Shown one piece after another: positions 1 to 11,740 of a stretch of DNA of 64,000 nucleotides. The translations under genes were made by a program, and so were the position numbers. Under the pieces are notes generated by a model. That model did no database searches, was not told the DNA's origin, and was given only the letters and a program-made list of their open reading frames with translations. This DNA comes from Takakia lepidozioides (lineage: Eukaryota; Plantae; Bryophyta), in contig CM060731.1 in assembly GCA_030704615.1 (NCBI GenBank), positions 8,370,001-8,434,000 on the forward strand. Reading direction: 5' to 3'. Numbering within the stretch: the first letter of the stretch is position 1; every line of letters starts with the position of its first letter.

Positions 1-419
1 TAAAATGATTGTAATGTAGTAGAGCTTAGAATATGTGGCAAGATTGCTTCATGTGCTGGAAGTTCAGCTATTTCTAGATAAAGTTCTACAAACCTCGTAT
101 CAAAATCCCTTGCAAGCTTTTCCAAAGTCAGCACCACAATACTTTCTAGAGTGGAAAAATCACTTAGTTTTGCCATCAAACTTCCATGTACACACTGTGC
201 TCTCTGCTTGCAGCCTTGCAATGTTTCTGCCCTCTCAATGCTAAAGCTGCTCTACTCAGTTCTCATCTATCTCAAAGTAACTTGTTTGCCTCTCAATCTA
301 CACCAAGCAAACAAGTGGATCGATGTTGTCAGCTTGATTGACGGCTTGATCCACGTAACGCCTTGTGTCAAATAATGTAACGGTACCCGTTATCACCTCA
401 GAATAGCTGGATCAGTGCT

Positions 420-661
420 GCATAATTTATTTAAAATCAGATAAATTATTTAAGACTAAGTTGGTAGGTTTGATAATTCATTACTCACTGACTCTTTGCC
501 CAATTAATACATATTTGGCTCATGACCTGTCTAAATTATTATAAACTTCATAACTGGATAGCCCAAATAAGATATATTAATGTGATATTGCCAAACCGTT
601 CAAAGAAAAAAAAAAAAATTATTGGGCAAATTTCTGCCCAACCGTATAAGAGGCTACGGTA
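420..661. mobile_element. Right-end remnant of a Tc2/pogo-like non-autonomous DNA element
   Basis: aatttctgcccaaccg...ctacgg|ta (~630-661) resembles the right terminus aatttctgcctaaccggctatcccactacgg|ta at 58290-58322. The left boundary is uncertain. Confidence 0.45.
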
Positions 662-695
662 GTAATTTTGTCTTGCTGCCAGAGGTAATTTGGTC

Positions 696-989
696 TGGTG
701 GGGAGTCGGGCCCTCATCTCCCTTTTGGAGATTAGGCTGATCTTGTTGATTTTTTTAATTTGTTTTGGCTAGTACCTGTCATGCGGAATGACCAACGTAT
801 ATGCAAGAACAGTGAATTCAAAGGGAAATCTGAAAGGGGGTAGATGGTGGTACCATTACAGTCCGTGAATTGAGGGCCAGACTTGTTGTAATTCACATAT
901 TTATGGGAATAAAAAAAATTCCTAACATTAGGTTACACTGGAAGGGCAACGATTCATTATTCAATTGCCATTAATTTTATAATCCGGAT
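696..989 (+). repeat. Diverged duplicate of 1646-1944 (piggyBac transposase coding fragment)
   Basis: About 295-bp direct repeat, from cctcatctcccttttggagattagg to ataatccggat, with scattered substitutions and indels. Confidence 0.8.
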
Positions 990-1298
990 TTTGATTTTTC
1001 GCACCGAAGGTAGCGGGGTCTGGTTTGCGACGTGAGAGCACGTCTCTTGCGCTTTATATGCCAAATTTGGCGGTGGAGGCAGTTCTCATTAGTAGAAATT
1101 CACATGGGTTTTGATGGGGCTTCACCCCTACACCTGCGCATCTGTCTGCTCAACCGGCAACAATCGTTGTTGAGTGGGCACGGTCGTTGGGTACGACTTC
1201 CAAGCAAGTCGATCAGATCCTTCGCTACATAATGAAGACTATCTTTTGGAACTGAAAAGACTTGCAAGGATAAAATAGTTAGTCTTCCCCCAATTGAA

Positions 1299-2235
1299 GT
1301 GCATTATGTGTTTGCTGCTACTTGTTTGGTCCAAGACTTAGATGCAAAAGGTGGATTTTCTGTGAATGAGTTGTTCAGATTAGGTCCTCATGAAAAATTG
1401 TCTGGGATTGATATATCGTTCTCTGATGATGATTCCGATTTTGACTTTGACCCTTTGGAGGAAGAATGTGCTAATCTTGAAGCTATTGACAACCCCGATT
1501 TGATGGAGTTTTATGTAGACACTAGGCTTCCCACCGGAGAGGTGGGCTTGTATGCATGATTTGCCAGAATGTTGGGAGGGATGGCGGCCTCTTGAATTTT
1601 TTGCCGACAACATGTGGAATAACAATTATGTCTTACTACCAGATCCGGTGGGGATTGAGGTCCTCATCTCCCTTTTGGAGATTAGGTTATTCCTGTTGAT
1701 CTTTTAGTTTGTTTGGTCAGTGTATGTCATGTGGAAAATTTGTGGAATGACCAACCTATATGCAAGAACAATGAATTCGAAGGGAAATCTGAAAGGGGGT
1801 AGATGGTAGTACCATTACAGTCCGTGAATTGAGGGCCTGACTTGTTGTAATTCACATACTTATAGGAATCAAAAAATTTCCTAATGCTAAGTTACACTAG
1901 GAGGCCAGCGATTCATTCTTCAATTGCCCTTCTATAATCCGGATCATGTCCCGAAACCGGTGGGAGAGCATCTTAAGATGCCTTCATCTTATTGACAACC
2001 AAGATGTGATTCTCCTGATTCTGCCTTTGACAAGTTAGCTAAAACCCGCTATCTACTGGATGCTCAAAATGCTTTGTATGTCACTTTCAATAGGCTTGAA
2101 CAGAACTTGTGTGTGGATAAGAAAATGGTGAAGTACAAAGGTAAGTATGCTAGAATTCAACAGTACATGGCCAAACAAACCCGTGAAGTGGGGCATAAAG
2201 GTATCTCCGCTGTTACAATATTGGTCAATACACGA
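1299..2235 (+). mobile_element. piggyBac-like (PGBD, DDE_Tnp_1_7-type) transposase pseudogene
   Basis: Read across stops and frameshifts: acidic N-terminus, then KICGMTNLYA..GGRW..ITVRELRA*L..GIKKFPN, MSRNRWESILRCLHLIDN (1946), FDKLAKTRYLLD, LCVDKKMVKYKGKYARIQQYM and NKPVKWGIKV. These match the piggyBac motifs SRNRF..LHF.DN, DKL.K.R, IDESM..FKGR..QY.P.KP.KWG.K. Confidence 0.85.
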
Positions 2236-2364
2236 CTAATATTTTTGAAGTTGTCAATGAGTTTGGGACAAAGTTTGATTTGCTCCAAACTTTTTTAGGG
2301 CAATTGCACGACTGGGTGGACCAAAAGCGGCAGATGTTGAGTCCGTTAGAGGTCCATGAAGGAG

Positions 2365-2403
<39 letters not shown>
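2365..2403 (+). repeat. Poly(A) tract (~39 nt)
   Basis: Uninterrupted A run. Confidence 0.9.
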
Positions 2404-2404
<1 letters not shown>

Positions 2405-4092
2405 GTATTATTTTAATTTATTTAAAATATATATATATAGTCGTATACCTGACATTTTTAGTAAAGAGTCCCCCCCCCCCAATGTTGAAGACATTGTTTA
2501 CTGATATTTTAATCTTTATTTTGAAAAATATTTAGACGTCAACTTAGAGTTTACAACCGTTCGTCTATATACCACATTATAGTAAAAGATGATACCCCAC
2601 AAATCCAAAATTGATCAAATGACCCTTGTCAAACCAAGATGGTAAAAATGCCAAACCAGATATCAATGTCAAATCGAGGTAACTCACTAGAAACAAACAA
2701 TGGAGGCTAGTACGTTCAACCAGACAAGATATTAATACTTAAAATGTCGGATGAAATTGTTTATGTTACCACTCCCCAAGCAATTGGTGGGGGCGCTTCG
2801 ATTTCTGATGAGTTTTTTGGTATATCATGTCTCCTCTACAAAATGCAATCAGCTTGTACTTGAGCAATGATGGGGCTTGAGGTGGTGTTACTGATAGAGG
2901 CAAAGGGCGAGCGACACATTTGTATGTTCCCAGGTTGAAAATGAGCAACCCCTCACCAACTCATCACTTCTGATCTCACGATAATATGCAGTGTTGAGCG
3001 GGTCCTAGTCTGGACCGGTATACCCTGTTGGTCCTTTTCTAGGGTATCAAAGTATATAGATCTGACACAAGGGTACATGTGGTACCCGGGCTAGACCCGG
3101 CGGGGGCCACGTGAGTTTCATACCCCCGGTAGGGCTGATGTAGGCTCCGACCCGGACCCGAACCCGTAGAATTTCAAGGTCCCCGGGTCCTCTTGTGATC
3201 CACTGTCACAGGTGTACGTGTAGGTTTCTTTTTTTTTTCTTTTTTTTTAGAGAACAGGGGCCAAAGGCCCTAAGAACTTTATTTAGAATTATTTGAAGGG
3301 AAAAACTTAAACCCTTACATGCCCGAAGGTAGGTGTCTTGTTCTAATCCAAATATTAACATACATGTTTGAGAGTCTCACACTTGAAGTGGATATACATC
3401 TCCATCCACTGCTCTGCTCTACTGCGTCTATTCCAGTGTTGGCCGGTTATAAGAATTTTACATATCCGCCAGTTAAGGTTACTTCAATATTTTTGGGATG
3501 GCCACACTCCATGGTTATGTATAAGGATAAAAAATTTATTTTAGTATATCCACCGGTTATCTATTCTACAAAATTCTTCAAATTTAGATGGTTATGAATA
3601 GGACGGTTAGAGGTGTCCTAAAATTGGCGGATATATATGCAATTGGCGGTTACATATAATATATTGAATGGGCACTTGTATTTCTCAATGATTTTCTTTA
3701 AAAATAATCAATTCACACATGACATTCCTAGGGCCTCCAGGGTGCAGCAGCTTGGCCATGAGCTATGTCACAGGGAAACCCTCTGTCACCACCTCAGATG
3801 GTGACAACTTGCAAATGTATCTCCTTCACCATTCCACTTTGGTACAAAACAAGGTAAAAGTAGAGCAGATTTATGACATATGCTTGTACGACATCTGCAT
3901 TCAAATCTGCACTTTTCCCACATGCTCTAGATGCTGACGTAGCTTGCAAATGTCTTCAATGCCTTCAATGCAGCTGCGTTGTGTGAGCAGGAACGTGTCT
4001 TCTACATAACTGTAACCGCTCTAGGGGGTCAAAACGCCTTATGAATCCAGGTATACAATGTAGTGCTAACCTTAATATAGGATACATATACA

Positions 4093-4276
4093 ACCAGCAT
4101 GTAGCCCAGTGGTAATGGGCACATACCACGTTGGATGTGGTTGTGGGTTCAAACCACAGTCTGGTGTGTCATGAAGGTGTCCACCTTTTAGCTGGAAGGC
4201 AGTAGCCTTTATGGTGAAGTGACACCATAAGTTATGCTTCATTCGGAAGGCGTCATACTTCTAGGGTACATATACA
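4093..4276 (+). mobile_element. tRNA-derived SINE-like element
   Basis: A box tagcccagtgg (4102), D arm gccc/gggc, B box ggttcaaacc (4146) in T stem tgtgg/ccaca, acceptor accag/ctggt, non-canonical anticodon arm. A ~100-nt body ends in (tacata)n. tacatataca flanks both sides (4083-4092, 4267-4276). Confidence 0.6.
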
Positions 4277-5128
4277 TATACATACTCACCTCCCAACCGC
4301 TGGTTATCTATTTGCTCTACTTTGCAAAATACCCTGTGTGTGGTTATGTATACCTACTAACCGGGGTGGTAACCGACTCACTAACCGGGGTAGAGTGTTA
4401 TACCCGGCCAACACTGGTCTATTCCCACCTCCCTATTGGTGGCTCCTACCATCCCTATTTCCTTGACCTTCAAACGAGTTACGTGCTAGGATAATTATCC
4501 CTATAAGTATGTTTGTATTTTTTAATTTTTATATTTAATGAAACATAACAATATTATTTCAAAGTCTTGAAAGAACTATTGAGAACCGAGATGCACACGG
4601 TACCCAGCAGTCCATGGTGAAGGGAATTCTAGCTCCACAACCCCTTTTTTATTTCTTCTTCCCATATATTCTTTAAAAAACAATTGTAACACAAAGGCAA
4701 AGAAGTACCCCTATTTTTTTTATAGATATAATTTTGATAATACCACTGTGACAACCCTTTGTTAAAATTAAATATTTTAAAATCTTTATTTTCAAGAGTT
4801 TATTGGACTCTATGTTTTATCGCACATGGTTTGAAATTCATGCCGAGTGACTTCCCCTAGGCTATGTTGCACCCTCGATGAAAATGCCATACATGGACCG
4901 GGGAAAAAAAATCCAAAACGTGAGACCCGCTAAACATTGCTAAGCACCTTCTATCGACCAAACATGGTAAAAAAGAAAAGTTTTATGGAAATCCGATGGA
5001 AAAATCTAATCAGCTTTATTCTTTGGATGAAAACACGATGATATGAATGAATAGTATCCATGTGGAACGCGATCGACAAGTCGTGGAGCGCACCTTGTGG
5101 AACTGGTTGTACATATAGACTCGCGCAA

Positions 5129-5440
5129 TGTCAAGTTATTTTACCACTAGTGTGAAGTTAGCTAGGAAATAGCTAGCTTTTATATATTGACATTTGGGAT
5201 TGACCCAAGTGTCAATCTAGGGGCCAATACATGTTTGGGCACCTGGCATTGTTATCTTCACGGCAGATCGCGGTGGGCTCATCTTTCTCGAGTTGAGCCT
5301 CACCGCGTCTAGCTATGGCGCCGTAGTGTGGATTCCCCATGGCGTGCACTTGGCTCCACTTAATATATGAGTGATGTTTTCATGTGCGAGTGTGTGAGTT
5401 TGAGAGAGCTTGTATGCTTGTATTATTCTTTTCCTTATCA
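5129..5440 (+). repeat. Left terminal repeat B1 (3' part of the LTR only)
   Basis: 312 bp, from tgtcaag to ttccttatca. Matches 15593-15909 with about 14 substitutions and one 5-bp indel by manual count. Confidence 0.95.
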
Positions 5441-5452
5441 CTCGAGAAAGAT
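5441..5452 (+). promoter_or_regulatory. Self-complementary primer-binding site (Tf1-like self-priming)
   Basis: ctcgagaaagat lies directly after the LTR-terminal CA and is the exact reverse complement of atctttctcgag at 5281-5292. There is no TGG-starting tRNA PBS. Confidence 0.75.
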
Positions 5453-8175
5453 CAGCTCGAGTCTGTGAGTGCCAGGTTCGAGTTAGTTGTAGCACTTGTG
5501 TTTTCAGATCATGAGAAGCGGTTCAACCTAGAGTGCAGGGAGCCGTGCATGAGCCTATCCAAAGCGGATAGAGTGCAAAGGCAAACATGTTGCAGGTTTG
5601 CCATGGATAGAGAGGCGGGTAGCCTATGTTGAAGAGCGGCGTTGCATAGCTCAACGCTATGGCAACCAAGTTTGGGCTTCTAGTGTGAAGCGGAGGAGAT
5701 GCTGGCCATGAGTGGACGAACTGGTGGTCGTCTTCTTCAGCTGCAGGCCGAGTTAAGGAGCTGCTGAAATGTGGGTTGCGCATGGGAAGTTAGCATGTTG
5801 CAGGTTGGAGATGATATGATCAGCTCCAAGTATGTGCCAGAAACGAGTTGTTGCGGATAGATGAGGAGCAGTCGAATGGCGGAGCTGCGAGGGGATGCAT
5901 CGCAACCTATTGGGAGCTGCAGCTCCAACCTCATGAAGAGGTATGAGTGAAGAGAGGGGGCTGGTCCCTCTTGTGTGCAAATCAGTGCACTTGTGAAGTA
6001 TTGCTTGAGTTGGAAGTTTCAATCTGAAACTCTAGCACGGCGAGGGCTCTTGGAGTGGCAAGAGCGGGGCTGGAAGGTTAGCAGTGAGGCGTCCTAGAGC
6101 CAGGGAATGTGCAGTAGAACTGCAGGTACACCAAGTTTATCAAGGTGTGTATTTTCAGATTCACTTTTGTGAGTTTCGTGGAGAAATGGAGCTTGTTGGG
6201 CAACATATAGCTTGCTTGTTGAGTTGGGGGCACTTCTAGTGGGCCGTGAGAGCTCAGGAGTGCAGGGCGACGGGGCTGATGGCTTCACAGAAGCCATAGC
6301 TCAGCGGCAGCAGATGCAGGAGCAAACCCCAGCTCGGGGAGAGCTCGGGAACGCGTGGGAATGTCGGGAACGCCAGGAACGCCTCGGGAACGCATGGGAA
6401 CTCGTTGGGAGTTCCAGGGAACGCAAGGAATAGTGGCCGTGATGGACCGTTGGGGCGGTATCACGAGATACCACGAGCCCAGATCGTGATGGTTGACCGT
6501 GACCGTTGACCTTGACCGTTGGAAGCCGTTGTGCGGACACAACGGGTTGGCACGGTGACCAGATCGTGGGAATGGCGGGCCGTGAAGGCTCATGGGAGTG
6601 GTACTACGGGGTATCACTGGGCAGCCCGTGGCCAACGAGCGCCTAGGGCGGGCCGTGAGGAGTAGTGGCGGTTGGAGCCACGGAAGGCCGCGAACAGTTA
6701 GAGTGAAAAATAAAAATAAATAAAATAAAATAAATCTTTTTTCACTCGTTTCGTGGGACCTTGATGGGGAGGCTGGGCTCTGAAGAACAACGGTTTTGAG
6801 CTAGCTGATCCGGCAGAAAAGTCGGAATTGCCTCCCTGTTATGTTTTAACAAAAGGGATTACTTCCCTACAAGTAATCTTTTCGGGTTTTCAGCCCAATT
6901 CTTAATTATGGGGAAGACCAGCCTGCAGGTAATTCCTTTGGACAGAATGTTGTTGGGGCCTATATGTACCTCTATTTGCTCCATTTTTGAACCTTCAGTG
7001 AACGGTGTGGTTTCCTGAGGTGGTTCCATTCGGAGGAATGGCTGGTGGACGTAAGGAGGCACTGGCGGACCCTGTGGAGGCTTGCATGGGGCCTTGGAGG
7101 CCAAGTTTCATGAGTTCGTGGAGGGCGGTTTGAGGAGTGTCTACAGGATGCTCTCATGGTCATGCAAATGAGAGAAGAGAGGAAAAAAGAGGGTGTTGGG
7201 ATGAGAGCGTGCTTGGGATAGGCATTGCTTTAGCTTCTCTTCCTCGTAGCTTTCCACCTTCTCTATAGGGCGAGACCTTTCTGTAGGTGGAGGCAAGAGT
7301 CAGTCCGGGTTTGGGCTAGGTTGCAGGAGCGACACTGTGGAGTTGTTTTTGGTGTGGGGGAGTTGTTGTTTTCATTCTTGTGTTTGGATCCCCTCCACAC
7401 CCGCATGCTTGATTGTGCGCCATGCTAGTTTTGTGTGGGCGCTTGATTTTATAGGTGGTGGACTCGGGCTTGATCGCCGATCCCACCCTAGAGCATGCTG
7501 TCGATGGTGAGGCTGGGGTGATGACTAGTCAGACCATCTTTGTTTCTCCTATGGTGAGGTTGGAGGTGATGACCAGCCAACCATAGGAGTACCTGCGGTG
7601 GATGCAGGTGCAGGTACAGGCTATGTTAGGAACCTAGCATTCCAAACCATAAGCCGCATCAGGTTCTCTACCCGGTTACCTTATGGAGAGGGGGTTAGAG
7701 ACAGGTTCATGACCGGTTGAGTGCCACTTTGTCAACACGGAGGTGCCACTAATTGCTGGGGAAAGTGCCGGTACGAGCACTAACGATATTAGCGAGTATA
7801 CGAGACGAGGTGTGCGGTTTAGGCCACCTTCACCTCCTGTGTCTTCTACGGAAGGTTCTGATTCGGATTGTGAATCAGAAGGACTCACACCGGCGGTGCA
7901 AGTTGTTTCCTTGCCATTGTTGTGGGACACGATGGAGGAGATGTATGGAGCCACCAAGGGGCGACGAAGGTACTCTGGGGCGGTGGGCACCATTGAGTTG
8001 GATGATTTTATCTAAGAGTTTGATAGTTGGTGTGACTTGCAGCAAATGCGCAATCCACAACTGTTTACGCCTTTCATGGCATGGAAAGGGCTGTTTCAGC
8101 ACCTTGAGGGGCCGCCCATGGTTGATTACCATGAGTTTAGGGGGGGGGCACGATGCTGAGATCAAGGAGTGAAGG

Positions 8176-9945
8176 ATGTACTGGTCACCCGACTATGTCT
8201 CCATCACTAGAGGCACTAGAGGCACAAGGGCAGCAGCCACACCGGCAGCTTCACCAGCAGCAGCAGCTACAACAATAGCTTCCACGAGCACTAGTGAGAC
8301 TAGTGGTACAACAACTACAACGTCCACCCAAGCTATTGCTGCACCAGCACCAGTGGCAGTGTCTGCATTCAACCCTGTTGTGGAGTTCTTCAAAGAGTTG
8401 AGAATGAACTACCAAGGGGTGAGGACAGAGAAGTTGAGGAGCTTGCAAGAGTTCCAACGGAAGCCTATTCAGAGCTTGAGGGAGGCTTTCACTCGCGTTA
8501 CGGAGGCTCAGGCAGTCCAGTTCTGGTACAAGATATTGGACAAGGAGCTGAAGGGAAGGGTGCGAGATGCAACTCTCCTACAAGCGGCCCAACCCACCTT
8601 AGCAAATGTGTTTTTGCTGGTAGAGTGGATAGAACTCAACATGGTGGAGGAATGAGTGGTCATGGTGGGATTTGCTAAGGAGGCACCACGGGGTAGTGGT
8701 GCTCCTAGCCAGCCACTACCTCAACGTGCTCAAGGCAGCAAGGGGGCTCTGGTGAAGCCCAGGGAAGGGCAGAGAGGACCTCAGATGCAGGGGTCTCTCC
8801 CTTCATTTGCTGGCCAACAACGGACGGATGTGGTGTGTTGGACATGTGGAGGACCCCATGTCAAGAAGGATTGCCCAGAGGGAGGCAATGATTTGGCACC
8901 GGCACAGCCTGCACAGGTGCAGTGTGGGCATTGTGGTAGGTACGGGCATGGAGAGGCCCAGTGCTATGGTTTGCACCCTGAGTTGCGCCCAGGCCAGTTC
9001 CAAGGGAACAATGGTGGTCGGGGGCAAGGTGGAGCAGCCCAGAGAGGACGAGGTGCAGGCCAAAGGCAAGCTCAACATGGCCAAGGACGCGGAGGTCAGG
9101 GTGGTGACCAAGGCATGGCCAACCGGCTTCAGCAGCTAGAGCAGAGGCTCGCTGCCATGGCCACAGCTCAGGTGATACCGGCTCCAAGGCTGGATGGTCC
9201 ACCTCCTGCTCCTGAAGGAGGAGACTTAGGAGGCATGGGATTCATGTGCGGGGCAGCACTACCACTAGTAAGGGGTGTCATTACCACTACCACTATGGGT
9301 GGGGCACCACTACCACTGGTGAGGGGTGCCACTACCACTACCACTTTGGGTGGGGCACCACTACCACTAGTGCCGGGCAGTACTACCACTACCACTATGT
9401 GCGGGGCAGGACTACCACTAGTGCAAGTGGAGTCAGTTGCGGCAGTGACTGGAGGAGCAGCACGAGTTCCTGAGCCACGGGGTGCGGAGGTGTAGTTGGA
9501 TCCACAGCGTGGGGAGGTAAGCCGTTAGGCCAGGCTTCCTCAGTCATTCACATTGGCGGAGACAGTGTCGACGCCGTCCATGGGACCTAGTTCCCGCCCG
9601 ACTGTTACTGAGGCGGAGGTTACTATGCCATTGGTGAGAGCTACACGGGCAGCACCACTACCTAGTGTTGCCAAGGCTACGGTAGCTAGTGTGCTGCTGG
9701 GGGCGGCCACAGCTGTGTGCCAGGCTCCATTGTTCTCGACTACCATGATTGCGACGCCGGGGGTAAGACCAGCTGAGGTGTTCAGGCTGGCAGCGACACT
9801 CTGTGAGAGTGTGGAGGTTACTTCATCTTCTGCGGAGATAGTGGGAGGTGTAGTGCCGGAGGGATCCTCGGATGTGAGGGGTCAAGACTGCCATGGCGGC
9901 GCCATGGCAAGCTGCAGCTGCCAGGTTGATGGAGCTGTCAGCTAG
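8176..9945 (+). pseudogene. gag: Gag with two CCHC zinc knuckles (interrupted by stops)
   Basis: One frame across ORFs 8176, 8656 and 9553. Gag-core-like EKLRSLQEFQRKPIQSLREAFTR, knuckles CWTCGGPHVKKDC and CGHCGRYGHGEAQC, and an RGG/Q-rich region. Confidence 0.85.
9244..9424 (+). repeat. In-frame 51-bp tandem repeat (~3.5 copies, 17 aa)
   Basis: Units start at 9244, 9295, 9346 and 9397: MCGAALPLVRGVITTTT / MGGAPLPLVRGATTTTT / LGGAPLPLVPGSTTTTT / MCGAGLPLV. Confidence 0.9.
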
Positions 9946-10405
9946 GCCAGCCATTGAGCGCGCCATGGTGACACCTGGAGTTGTCATGTTAGACAACCAG
10001 GATGGCATTTTCTGTTTGAGTGGACCGGCAGGCAAGAGGTACCGGCCACTGCGGGTCTTGTTGGACTCGGGAGCTCAGCCATTGATGCTGGGCAGAGCTG
10101 CTATTGCAGGCTTGGGCCTCACGGAGGTGGATATAGAGCCGTGTCTTTTCCAGATACAGACATCTCTGGGAGGATCAGAGCAGGCTCGGGGCATGACACG
10201 ACGTGAGTTGGCTATCAGACTACAGCCGGATCATCCTACAGATGGCTCAGTGATGAGAGCCAAGGCCATTGTGACAGACGCGGTCTCGTACGATGTCCTT
10301 GTTGGTGGGGCAGTGTTGTACCCCATGGGCTTCACCCTGGATTTTTGGGAGGAGTCAGCTTTATATAGGCATGGATGGCAGTCAGGGGAGGGCCGGCTTG
10401 TGTAG
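9893..10405 (+). pseudogene. Retropepsin aspartic protease domain of Pol
   Basis: RVLLDSGAQPLM catalytic D-S-G motif and the C-terminal YDVLVG motif. Confidence 0.9.
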
Positions 10406-10780
10406 CTCCCGGTGACATTCATAGGAGGAGTTGCGGTTGCCCAACGAGGCAAGATGTCACTGGCAGCATTCACAACTGCAGTGACTTGGCCTGGAGAGTT
10501 GTTGGATGGCAACACTCATTCAGAGGATGTGTCACCTCCGGGAGAGCATGATGACATGTATGGTATGGCGGAGTTGCCTGCCATGGTTGCTCACACTCCA
10601 TTGTGGGGCTCGAGCAAGGATTTGCAGCGGGTTGCTGATTGTCGTGTGTAACAAGCCTGGGTAGAGGCTTTTGTACCGTCAGGAGAGGACGACAGTGCGG
10701 GGATTGCACCAGGTCCACCTCAATTGTCACCATTGGACACCACACCGATCATGTGGCAGTGTCCGGATGAAGGCATTTGC

Positions 10781-11740
10781 CTTCTGGACTTGTTTGGCGG
10801 GATCAGCATCGGATTGGCTGCTGTTCTACAGGCAGGTGTACGGGTACGGCGTTACCTGTATGTAGAGAGGGATGAGACTGCACGACGCGTCTCCCTACGC
10901 CATGTTGCTCAGTCGGTGCAGCAGTACCCTGAGTTGTTGCCGGTGTCTGCAGTTCGTGGATATCAGCAGGCCTTGCCAGGAGACATTTCGTTGCTGGGGG
11001 CGCAGGATTTGGAGTGGGTTGGCTCCATTGATTTGGTAGTGGCAGGTTGGCCCTGCCAAGGGTATTCATCAGCCGGGCATGGCAATGGATTGCGAGACTC
11101 GAGGTCGGGTCTACTTTGGGAGATGGTGCGGGTTTTGTGCCACTTACAGCTTCATCAAGTTGTATCTCCACAATACATCTTGGAGAATGTGCCACTGATG
11201 GACAATTTTCGGGCCAAGGTGATGGCCAGTGTGCATCAAGTCCGGTCGTGGCTTGGGTCAGCAGTGTTGCTGGATGCAGCTGTAGTGGGGTCACGGGCTC
11301 ATCGTCCACAGTTATGGTGGACTAACTTGATGCCACCCGCACTGCTTAAACGTGCATTTGATGGGGTGTAGTGGCCAGCATACCTCACAGTGGATAGCAT
11401 TTTGGACACAGGGAGGCAGTCTTAGCGTGTGAGACACGATGACCGTTCGCCTTTGGCAGTGGTCAACAAGGTGGGTCGACCACGAGCAGCACTATCTACA
11501 CTGTTCAGCTTCCCAGGATTGCATGCTTTCCGGGATAGCGGACCTGGCCTCCTGTGGGATGCTCAGTTGCAGCAGTTAGTGGAGCCTAATGCCGACGAGC
11601 GAGAGCGGGCTATGGGTTTTTCCACTGGGACCACAACGGTGTCTTCTCTTTCTAAGGCATCACGTCGTCAAGTGTTGGGGCAAGCGATGGATCTAAATTG
11701 CTTGACCTGGATTATCAGCTTGGCTATGGCTGAGCAACGT
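10781..11740 (+). pseudogene. DNMT3-like C5 cytosine DNA methyltransferase domain inside Pol
   Basis: Motif I LLDLFGGIS, II YLYVERD, IV IDLVVAGWPCQ (PC at 11051-11056), VI YILENV (11183), VIII RAHRPQLWWTNL (DNMT3 AHRARYFWGNL-like), IX ERERAMGF (11597), X RRQVLGQAMD (11663). Same frame as PR and the RT N-terminus. In-frame TAG stops at 11369 and 11423. Confidence 0.93.

Noticed and set aside
696-1944. 295-bp direct repeats as LTRs of a small TRIM-like element
   Set aside because: The repeat is piggyBac transposase coding sequence and continues in register into MSRNRW at 1946. It has no TG..CA ends, PBS or PPT.
4093-4165. Functional tRNA gene
   Set aside because: The anticodon arm cannot form a 5-bp stem with a 7-nt loop, and the sequence continues into a SINE-like body.
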